Origin: Eledone cirrhosa
Taxonomy: Eukaryota
NCBI GenBank assembly: GCA_964016885.1
Contig: OZ024743.1
Location: forward strand, 26,226,001-26,290,000
Reading direction: 5' to 3'
DNA length: 64,000 bases
Shown here: in pieces, positions 49,840-61,800 of the stretch
Numbering within the stretch: the stretch's first letter is position 1
Layout of the letters: the number at the start of each line of letters is the position of its first letter
Made by a program: the position numbers and the translations under genes
The notes under the pieces: model-generated
What the model was told of the DNA's origin: nothing
The model's input: the letters and a program-made list of their open reading frames with translations, nothing else
Databases searched by the model: none

Positions 49840-52800
49840 GCACCACCACCACTACTACCACCACCACTACTACTACCACTACTACTACCACCACCACTAC
49901 TACTACCACAACCACCACTACTACTACCACCACAACCACCACTACTACCATCACCACCACCACTACTACTACTACCTCCACCACCACCACCACACCCACC
50001 ACCACTACTACCACCACCATCACTACTACCACCACCACCACTACTACTACCTCCACCACTACTACACCCACCACCACCACTACTACTACCTCCACCACTA
50101 CTACTATTACCTCCACCACAGCTACGACCACTACTACTACCACCACCACCACTACTTCTTTTATTATGAGAGGGTGATATATGGAGTTCTCTGTAATGCA
50201 AAAGTTAATCTGTCCTTTGTTAAGTAAGAGATATGATAGTTGAGATATTTGACTATAGTAAGCAGGATTGTTGTTATTTTTCATTCCTGAATTGTTATTT
50301 ACAAATGTACACTGTTTAATACATACATCATTATCATCAGTTTTAAAGCCTTCTTTTCTCTGTTGGTTTGGTTTGGCTGATACATTTTGAGACATTATTC
50401 TACAGCCAGTTACCCTTCCTGATGCCAACACTTACTTTATTTTTAAGCAAGATACTTATTGTCCACTGAGCTTCACTTTGTCTAAATGTCCTCACTTGTT
50501 TAAATGGTATCAATGTGAAGATATAAAAAACAGACACACATAAAAGTATATATTCCACACACACTGACACATACTCCCCCTACACACACATGCACACACA
50601 AACACATATATAAATTGAAATTGGTGTGTATGTGGGTGAGCACATGCAGGCATTTTTGTGTAGTTAAGAAGTTTGCCTCACAACTACTGGTAGATGAAAG
50701 CCAATCATGTATGTGTGTTTATGTGTTAGACACAACTCTATCTGTTAAAACAAGACTGATCATCATCATCACCATTTAACATGCATTTTCCATGCTTGCA
50801 TGGGTTAGACAGGTTGCCCACTTCATGAGATAAGTCTCGCCAGTTGGCTGCACTGTACTTTGCTCAGATGGAACTGTAAATTTGGCTGGGATTTTTTCAG
50901 CTGGATGCCCTTCCTAACACCAACCACATTTACAGTTAAAGACTGGATGGCAGTGAATGAATAAAAGAAGAATGATGAATTTTATATGTTTATTTTCAAT
51001 GTATTCTACTTTCCTTATTTTAATATTAAAATGTTTATTTATTGCTTTACTTGATAGGCCTCAGTATATCTTGAGAGGTTACTGAAAAGCTTGAATAAAA
51101 CTGAATGGTCAAGTTTCTCCATTTACTACAAGAGGGCATCACTTTTTAGTCGAATTGTGAGTGAAAATATATTTTTATGTTGATTTGAAATTGTGTACCA
51201 TAAAGGGAAACTTTTTACTGGACACACAACAAAAATTTTTCTTCCACATTCATCATCATCATCATCATTTTACGTCCGCTTTTCCCTGCTTGCAAGGGTG
51301 GGACGGGAACTGATTCTGGCTTGATTTCTACAGCTGGATGCCCTTCCTAACACCAACCTCATTTACAGTGAGTGCTGGGTTCTTTTTTGCCGTGGCACAT
51401 CCACGACCACTTTACAGTGGAATGATATGGACCCCAGCCCCTATCATCTCATTTCTACAGCTGAGTAAGCTGGAGCAATGTGAAATTAAGTATCTTGCTC
51501 AAGGAAACAACACATCATCCGGTCTGAGAATTGAACTCACAATCTTTCAATTGCAAGGCCAATGCTCTAACCACTGAGCCATATGCCTCCATTCATTTCA
51601 ATCATTCCTTATATCCAGTCATTTTCATCCTTCCTCAACACATGACCCAACCATCCTATTCCATTTCTCTTCACCATTCATCACTGGCTTTATTTCCATT
51701 ATGCCCTGCAATTCTTTATCTTCTAGACAGTTGTTCAATCGTCTGCTAGACTAGATAGTGATGCATATGATGTATTACTCAGCCTGTTTCAGTTATATCT
51801 ATTGTAATATAAGTACCATTATTTTTTCATAAATTGAATGTATATCTATATACAGGTTACAAGTGTGCTTGTGTGGTTAAAAACTTGTTTCACAACTTCA
51901 TGGTTCTGATTTCAATTCCACTGCACAGCACTTTGAGCAATTATCTTCTACCATAGCTTATGGTTAACCAATACCTCATGAGTAGGATTTATATATGTAT
52001 ATATAAATTCTACTCATGAGGTATTGGTTAACCATATATACATATATAAGTAGGTAGCTATGGCTATTTCTTTTGCCAGTGTATATTAGCAAAGGATATA
52101 ACTATCAGCAAGAAAACTGAATAACTGATGCTCTTCAAACAAAGTGCTTTAATAAATTTGTTCTACACTAAGTTACAGACACTCCTTTGTAATTCTCATA
52201 ACCAGAAATACATTGAATCAGTAACAGGCCCATTTAAAAACCTGTAGCCTACAACATTCAGCAATTGTGATATAAAATATATAGATCATATTTAGCTGTT
52301 GTTTCACCCTAAAAGCCCTTATTGATCTGACCTATGATCTAAGTGTTCCTCCTATCATTTATTCAAACATAATGTTTATCTGGGACTACATTATCTATTC
52401 TAGGATGTTATGGTGTGATTTGAGAGAGATTTGGTTGCTATTTCTAGCAGGCCAATTTTTATAGCTTTAAATGTATATAACCAATGAAATAGGCTGATTA
52501 GTAATAATATAACCATTGACTATGTTACAGTGTGGCCGCAATGATTTGATTTTACAACACACTCATACTTTAGCCCAGCGCTCTATTGAAGAAGACAATT
52601 GCAATGCTGAATATATGAGGGAAGTAGCTTACCAGTATCTTCTACGTGGAAAAATCAAAGAAGCAATGGAATGTTTTAAAGAAACAATAAAATTAGATGA
52701 AACACATCTGCCTGCAGTTACTGGTAAAGACTTATTAATACTTTTAAATTACCTTTATTTAACCAATAACTATTATTGCTCCAGTTGATAAATAATTTTA

Positions 52801-55800
52801 ATTAATTACACTTGTGTTTAACCGTTGAAACTGCCTCTATAATAAAAAGTTGTTTGTTTGAAAGTGTTTATATTTATCAAAAAACCTTCCATCATAATTT
52901 TATGCAAGGACATGTGTTAAGTTATGTTCTAGATTATTTTCAAAATTATTCAAAAATGATAGGCAGTATGGTACGAAAAAGGGTTAAAAACTATTGAAAA
53001 CTCACTCCACTTTTAGAAAGATATTTGCAATATCTGAGGGTATATTTCAGATCAAGCTACATGTTGAAAAATGAAAAAAAAGCAAAGATAATTTACAAAT
53101 AACATTTTAAATCTGCATTATTTAGAAGAGTATTATTTGAAAATCAAACTTTTTTTTACATAAATTTTTTATAGAAATGGTTTTTGTATGCATTCTATTG
53201 AAATAAAATATATACTTTCTTTAAAAAGAAATGTTGAAAGGAAACAGTATTACAATATTTAAAATAAACAAGCCAGTTATTAATGATATTAAATAGAATT
53301 TAAAAAGAACTTTCAAACATTGTTTGTTTTTCACATAATTCAGTTGATCCACTCGAGCTAGTATGTTTTCAGCTCCCTATGCAAAGCTTTAGTTTCAAAT
53401 CTAGACTCTGTGTAACATACACAGTTACATTTATGAAATAGAAACTCTTAAATTTTAGAAAAAAATATATTTCATTATTTTATAATCTTTATCAACAAAT
53501 TACACCCTGAGACAAAGTCTCAGTTCCAAGTTTACTACTTTTAACTAACAGAAAAAAAGAGACACATACACAGAGAGACTAAATTCTAGACCAATTTTCT
53601 AAAAAAAAACATAAATTCCTCTAAATATGTTTACTTTATGAAAACCAGATACAAAACTGTTTAACAATAAATACATGATCCAAAAATCACTATATAATAA
53701 CTATCTCACTACCATGCTTGTTAACCATTGAACCTGCAGTCATATGTGTTTTGGTTTGTTAGATCTTAAAGTAATATCCTAATTAATTATCTTATAGGTA
53801 TAATTGAATGCCAGTTGCTTATGGATAAGATAGAAGATGCCTCTCATCAGCTGGAGTTTCTTAATGAGATTCAAATGAGTATTGGTCACACTGCTGTAAG
53901 TTTCTAAACAGTCCACACATGCATACACATACATAACCTTGCTAATTTATTGTTATTATTCTCTAGAATAATCTATCTCATCTTAGAAATTTAACTCTTT
54001 AGCATTTACATTACTCTATATTTACTATTATATTTTCATGGTAAAGGCTTTACCTCACATAATATTGAATCTATGAGATTTTGATATTATTTATTTTGAG
54101 AACATCAGTATGAACAGCCAGTTATGGCCGGTTTGAACAAAAAGAGGTAGAGAATTCTTGCCAGATACATCCGGTTTAAATGCTAAAGGGTTAAAGAAAA
54201 TATAATTTCAATTCTTCATCATATTTTCTTTTGAATACAATCAATCACAATTCTCTCTAATAAACATTTTTTATTTTGTTTTTGATGACATATTATGGGC
54301 TTTTAAAATGGTTGTACCCATTGATTAAAGGGATGCAGCATAGCCAAATGGTTAAGAAATTTGCTTCACAATCATAAGGTCCTTGGTTTGATCCCAGTGT
54401 GTTTCTTCTTCATTTACCATAGCCTCAGGTTGACCCGTGCTTTGTAAGTAAAATTGTGTAGGTGAAAACTTTTTGGAAGCTCGTCAGATGGACTTTACCT
54501 GTAATTCAAAGGGCCAATCTTGTCACTCCCTGTGTCATGCTGAATATGCCTGAGTATTATATTAAGGGTATATGTATCTGTGGAATGCTCTGCTTCTTAC
54601 ATATTAATTTCAATAGCAGGCCGTTTCATTGCTTGAACAATTGGAACATTCATTGATGGGTGGCCCATTCCATTCCAATTATTGATGAACAGTAAAAAAA
54701 AAAAAAAAAAAAGCTTGGTCCCAGGTAATAGTTTATGAGATTTTTAAGGAAATATATGAGAACTAAATGTAGGGTCAATATCATCTGCAAGGTCATTGCA
54801 AAATTTTAACTTTCAGGTGAATAAGACTTTAGCTAAAAGTAAGTAGATCACAGACTCCTAAAGAAAATAATATTAGGAAAGAAGAGAATATGCATAAGCT
54901 AATAACTGGCATTCATAGTTCTGATGCAAACCAAAACCAAGCTATCCAAATCCTCATAAAATGTTCTTCCTTCAGTTTGAAATCCTTGTAATTGTACTTC
55001 TCTCATGCATTGTTAACTTGATAGTAATATTCCTATGCCAGTTATTGTGGAGAACATCCTCCTCAGCTTGATTAAACCTGGTATTACTGTATTTCTAATG
55101 AAATATACTGCCTATATGTTTCAATTAATTTTGAAAATATCTAAGCATTTAATGAAATAACTAATTTTTCATTAGTAAACTAATATTTAGAATATTACTT
55201 AAGAAAAGTTTCTAAAATAAAATTATGGCGAAAATATTTAATATATGGATAAACATTTTTAAATGTGCAGTTTTGTATCATAAACCAAGGTCAGTTAAAG
55301 GTAGTTTGGTATCAAAAGAATAGTCTTCAATGGTTTAGTAGGCAGTGAGTTCTGTGAAAAACTGTTATATTTATTACTTACATCATCTATAGCTGACAAC
55401 TTAAGACTTTTATGAGCTCCTGGTATTTCTTGTAAATTACCTATCTTGCTATACTAAAAATATAAATTCTTTGTTATTTCTTAACCCTTCAGCATTTAAA
55501 CTGACCGTAGCCGGCCAGAATTCCCTCACCTCTTTCTGTTCAAACCGGCTGTCACCAGCTATCATACTGATGTTAAGGTATTGTTCTCAAAATAAATAAT
55601 ATCAAAATCTCATAGATTCAATATTATTTGAGTTATTATGTAAGGTAAAGCCCTTTTGCGAAAATACAATAGTAAATATAAAGTAATCATCATCATCATC
55701 ATCATCTTCGTTTAACGTCCATTTTCCACACTAGCATGGGTTAGACGGGAGTTGGTTGGGTGATCGTGTCTCGCTCATATAGGACTATCTGGCAGGTTTT

Positions 55801-58800
55801 CTACGGCTGGATGCCCTTCCTAACACCAACCACATTTACAGTGTGGAACTGGGAACTTTTTACCGTGTTACCTACACGGCCACATTACAGCGTGGACTGT
55901 GTGTTTTTTGTCATAACACCTACACGATCTCGACCTCATTTTCTCGTGCTGTTGGTGGGAGTGGGAGGATAGGGTAGGAGTAGTGGATTGGGGTGTATAT
56001 TTGGTTAAAAGGTGCCTACTGACTGTAGGTTTCGCTTTGTACATAGGCAAGGCGGGTCTTCTGTATTACTGCGTAGCGCCAAAGATCTCGGTCCAGAGAC
56101 ATTGTCTTAGAGAGATGTAAGTGTGTGAGGTCGGAATTTATCAGATCATCCCAGGTTTTTCTGGGTCTACTTACTCCATAACTACCATCAATTTTGATCG
56201 CCCTGCACTTTTTTATGCAGCTGTCGTCTTTCTGCGCATCACGTGACCATACCAACATAGTCTTCTCTCAAGTAAACAGCATCTGATCCCTCTTATTCCT
56301 AATTTCTCACTTAGTTCATTTATGCTTTGCCGTTCACGTATATTACTATTACACATCCAACGGAGCATGCATGGTTCGTTCCTTTCCAGTCTACGCAGGT
56401 CCTCTGCATGTAATGCCCATGTCTCACAAATGCTAAAGGGTTAAACTATTTTTACATGATCAACACATCTGAAAACGTTTTTTTAACATTTAAAATACAA
56501 AGAGATTTGTTATCTTATTGTTTTAATTTCATATTCTGTCTTTTGTTGCTGATTTTTTAAAACATTTTAAAATATATTTTGTAATTATTGATTATTTCTA
56601 GGAGTTATACTATCTGAGTGCTGTTCTAGGGAAGAAGAAACAGAACAAAGAAGACAACACCATTGTGTTGTTAAATGAAGCTGTTAATAAGCATTTCTCA
56701 ACTTTCAAGGTACCTTTTATATATATCATCATCATTACCATCATCATTATCACCACCACCACCATCATCATCATCATTATCACCACATCATCATCATCAT
56801 CATTATCACCACCACCATCATCATCATTATCACCACCACCATCATCATCATCATCATCATCATTATCACCACCACCATCATCATCATTATCACCATCATC
56901 ATCAGCAGCAGCAGCAACAGTAGTAGCATCATTTAACATCTGCTTCCCCCTGCTATCAATATCGTTGGACAGGTGATCACAGACCAAGTCAGTACTTAAT
57001 CAGATCCACTGATCTCCCATATGGGCTGGGTCCTATCTTGCCTACATATGTTCCCACACTCTACAGAGGGCTTCATGCAACCATGGCCCCAACATTATGG
57101 AGGTCATCCTGTTTTTGACATACCTGACGAGTCCTGTCTCTTTGTTTGGCAATTTTTCTACAACTAGATGCCCTTCTCACCAACCACTTTACAGACTGTA
57201 GTGGATGCATGCATATATATATATCTACATCTAGTATGCACCACTTTCCGCTACCTTCCTTTCCCCCCTTCTATACACCTCCCACATTTTAACACAACAC
57301 CTACGTCCTAACACCCCACCCTTCACCCATGTGCCTACCCTCGCCTGATAAGTCCCCCACCTTAGATCTACCTCTTCAATCTCCATGCAGCTTCCCCACC
57401 CCAGCCCCCACTGTAAACTCATTGTTTTAGTGCCACAACAAAAAGCACCCAATCCATATTGTAAAGTGGTTATGTTGGCAATACAACAAAAATCACCCAC
57501 TCCTCACTGTAAAGTGATTGTGTAGGTGTCATAACAAAAAGGGCCCAGCTCACACTGTAAAGTGGTCGTTTTGATGCCATGACAAAAAGCATCCAGTTCA
57601 CACTATAAATGTGGTTGGTCTTAGGAAGGGTATCCAGCCATAGAAACTAAGCCAAAATCAGTTCTGTATGAGCAAACATGGTCATCTGATCTGGCTTGTC
57701 TCACAATCAAACAACTTGTCTAAACCATGCTAACGGGGGAAAATGGATGTTAAACGTTCATCTCAGGAAGGGCTGTGACACAACTTTATCAGATGAGTTC
57801 TTGTGAGTGGTAGAGTGTGAATAGGTGTTGCTGGAGGAGGAAGTGTGAACAATTGCATATTTGTTGGTGAAATAAGACTAAAATTATCCTGGAAATATCC
57901 TCCTTAGTAAGGGACTCATTTCAGCTTAACCCTTTAGTATTTAAACTGGCCATATCCGGCCAGAATTCTCTCACCTTTTTCTGTTCAAACTAGCAGTAAT
58001 CTGCCGCTCATACCAATGTTAAGGTATTGTTCTCAAAATAAATAACATCAAAATTTCATAGATTCGATATTATGTGAGATAAAAACTTTACCGTGAAAAT
58101 ACAATAGTACATATAAAGTGATGTAAATGCTAAAGGGTTAACATGTGATTTGGAACTATATAGGGTTAACATGGGATTTGGAACTTTATAGGGTTTTCAA
58201 GTTCATTTTGTTGCATGAATAGGTGAATAGTGTTCATTTTCCCTTCCTATGTATTCACTCAGTTTCCATTCTAAAATAGTGTTGGATGATTCTACATGAA
58301 TTGTTAGAGCAAGTACATGTACTAGTTAGTAGTGAGTTCAGTCATAACTCATGACTATGTGAACAACTGAGTAAAAATAAAAATTATAAAAGAATACATG
58401 CAATTTATTGATAATCTGATAATTTATTTATTGTATCTTGTCTGAAGATACATTTTAGTTAATGATCCTGAATCTAAAACATTTTAAATCTTCAGAAATG
58501 TGATTGGTGTTAGGAAGGACATCCAGCAATAGAAACTAAGCCCCAAACAGTTATGTATGAGCAAGACACGGTCACCTGATCTAACTTTATATTTAGTCTC
58601 ACAAGCAAAGAATAGTTTATTATTATTGAAGCTTATCAAGATTATTTTCATCTATTTTTCAGACTCTTTATCTTAGCTATGAATATTTCATTAAGTTAAA
58701 TCCTGATTTTCTGATTCAAATTACAAATGACTACCTGGATTATGGACCTCAGCAGGTAAGCATCCTTATTTCTTTCTGTTGATACTCATTATATTTTACT

Positions 58801-61800
58801 TCTATTTTCCAGTTTAGATTAACTGATGGATGTAGGCATGGCTGAATAGTTAAGTAGTTCACTTTGCAATTACATGGATTGGGATTCAATCCCACTACAT
58901 AGCATCTTAAGCAAGTTTCTTTACCATAGCCTCAGATTGACCCAAACCTTGTAAGTGAAATTAGAGCGAAACTTTGTAGAATTCCATCAGATGGTTTGTA
59001 CTTGTAATTCAAAGGTCCAGCCTTATTACATATCATGTCTTGTTGATTCTGCTTGAGTGTACACATGTCTGTGGAATACTCAGCCACTTATACATTAGTC
59101 GATGACCTAGATGTTTAGTTGATCCAATAACTGAATGCTCATCTGATCCATCATCCGATTAAATTATACTCATGCTAATGAAAGAGTTAAATCTGGTCTG
59201 ACCCAGTGTTTAATTATATTTCCTTAACTCTGCCATCTTACAACTGTTTGTTGTTATTTTGAACTTATCACTCTTCTCTTCAGATGATACCATCCTTTAC
59301 TCAACTTCCTGCTCATATAGCAAATGCATGCACCTTACTCTAGATTTACACTGCTTCTGTGAACATTGGGTACATGGAAATCTTTCAACAGTACTAAGAC
59401 ATAATCAACTACACACATAGAAAAAACAATTTTACAACATTAAACCTTCCCTTATAGAGTCAACACTCAGTTAAAACCATCAAACTTACTGTAAATACTA
59501 GACCTCAACAACTCAAATAATCTCTGATTGTGAATACATATCTATAACATTGCTTTAACTTCCCCTATAGGTTAAGCTTTTTGCTCAGAGCCAGTATGTA
59601 TTTCCAATATAAACATTTACTATCTAGAATGGCTAAGTAGTAGTGCTCATATATTTAAGGTGTTGCAATTGTTATACACTCAAATATTCTAGACCGCATC
59701 AAGTAAAATAACCATCTGGCTCATAGATGCACTGCTTTTTCACACTTTCTCTTTTCTCATTACAAGAATTGTTCAATCTTCCTTGAACTAGTAAGTTCAA
59801 TCCTATCCAAACCTAACTGTGCATCTCTCATTTTTTATCATATATACTGTGTCACTTCTAAAGCTGTTTACTAAATACCTTACTTACTCGGAACAGCAAT
59901 CCTCTGAAATTCATTCACAACACTCATCAGTCCTTTAACTCTTAACCCTTATTTCAGCCAAACCAGTATGGCCAACCTCTTGATCCTATACTGAAGAAAT
60001 GTTTGCAAATCTTGGACCCAGTTACCAAAATGTTGCCTGGTCTGTATAAAGGGATCTATCTCTTGGCAAAAGTGAAATATCTATCTGGTAAGTGGCATTA
60101 ACTGTTTCATCTAATGTGATGTTCCAGAATTTCTGGAATTGAAAATGGGCATGAACTTTAAAACTTTTAACAGGGAGGATATATTATGTTGTGAGGTTCA
60201 TGTCTTTTTATGAGAGATTTAGCAATGAAGTAAAGTGTTTGTGTGTTTGGTTCAGTGAAGAAGTTAATGCTGTTTTACCATACTTGTCATCAGTAAATAT
60301 AATAATGGTCACATTCTTCTCAATAATATATGATTCCTAAATACTCTATTATTGCACACATAAGATGTACACAAGAGATGTAGTGGAATAACAGATAGAC
60401 TAACAGGAAGGGAAGACTTTGTTTGTAAAAGGTGCTCAGGGGTAATTGAAGGGAAGAGAAACAGTAATATAAACCATTTCCAATTACAGGAAGGGTCCTT
60501 AGAAGTGGTTGATAGCTTCTGCTATCTAGGGGACTTAATTAAGAGCAGAGGAGGGTTCTCTGAGAGCATAATAGCTAGAATAAGGATAGGATAGAAAAAG
60601 TTTAGAGAGCTACTTCCACTGTTGACAACAAAAGGTTTCTCTCTACATACAAAAGAACGACTGTGATACATGTGCGAAGTGTGATGCTGTATGGTAGTGA
60701 AACATGGGCTGTGACTGCATTGGTACGGACATGTGAGGCACATGGATGATGATTGCTGGGTGAAAAAGTGCCAGGAAATCCCAGTGGAAAGAAACCACAG
60801 TTGAGGTAGATCAAGGAAGACTTGGCCAGAGGTGGTGAGATCTGATCTCAAATTGCTGAGACTCACAAGAAAAGACAGAGGATCGCAGCGAGTGAGGAGA
60901 TGCTGCGTTGAAAAGGACCCATCCATCCCATGCAAGCATGGAAATATAGAAGTTATATATTTTTCACTTACTACTATAATCAATACATTTACCAGTTCTT
61001 GACAACCAGTACTTTAATAGATTTATGGCTTTTTTTTTTAATATCATAAACATGAAGTTCATGATTTTTTTCTGGTGTTCCATTGTAGGAGACTTTGAAG
61101 CTTCTCAAGCTACTCTTCAACACTGCTTGGATCAAGATCAGTCTCTCTCCAGTGCACACATTTTGATGGCTCAGGTAAATATGATATACCATAAATATTT
61201 CAGTACAAGTTGAGACTTTTTTTCTACAAAAGCATTTCAAAAGTAGCAACTTGATTTATAATTAAGTTAGTTATAAAGAAAACACATGTCTACATAAGTG
61301 ATATTAAAATTCTGCAAACAATTGAAGTATTCAATTGCCAGTTTCATTTCACATTTCTGTGAGAGTTATGTTCTATCAGTTTTATAAAGTAGACATATTC
61401 CAAAATACAATGCAGACAACTTGAAGAGGCCTAGTTGGGTAGTGACTGTGTGGTACAAAATCAACAGAAGCATGCTGAAGTAGTTTTAAGAAGTGGGGTA
61501 TAAACAATGTTATAGATGAATTAGAAGATGATAGCTTATGATAACCAACCACCAAAGGATTTCTCTTATCACACTATAATTAATATAATAAATTGCTATC
61601 AGGACAGATTTTTGTTTGTCATTGAATTCTCTTTTGAATTCAGGTATTTCTTTCAATTTGTGCCATAATTTGTTTGTGATTTCACCAAATAAAAGTGATA
61701 CTGAAGACACAATTCAATAAGGAAACCTCTATGCAGTTTTTTTGCCAACCAAATTACACCCTACTATTTTAAAGGAAAAGGACTACTGGATAAAGGAGTC

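Noticed and set aside
49507-50431. Long poly-L/P, poly-V, poly-G/S and poly-Y/H ORFs (also 56610-56987)
   Set aside because: Trinucleotide repeats inside introns; only 49527-49611 and 56602-56709 are coding.
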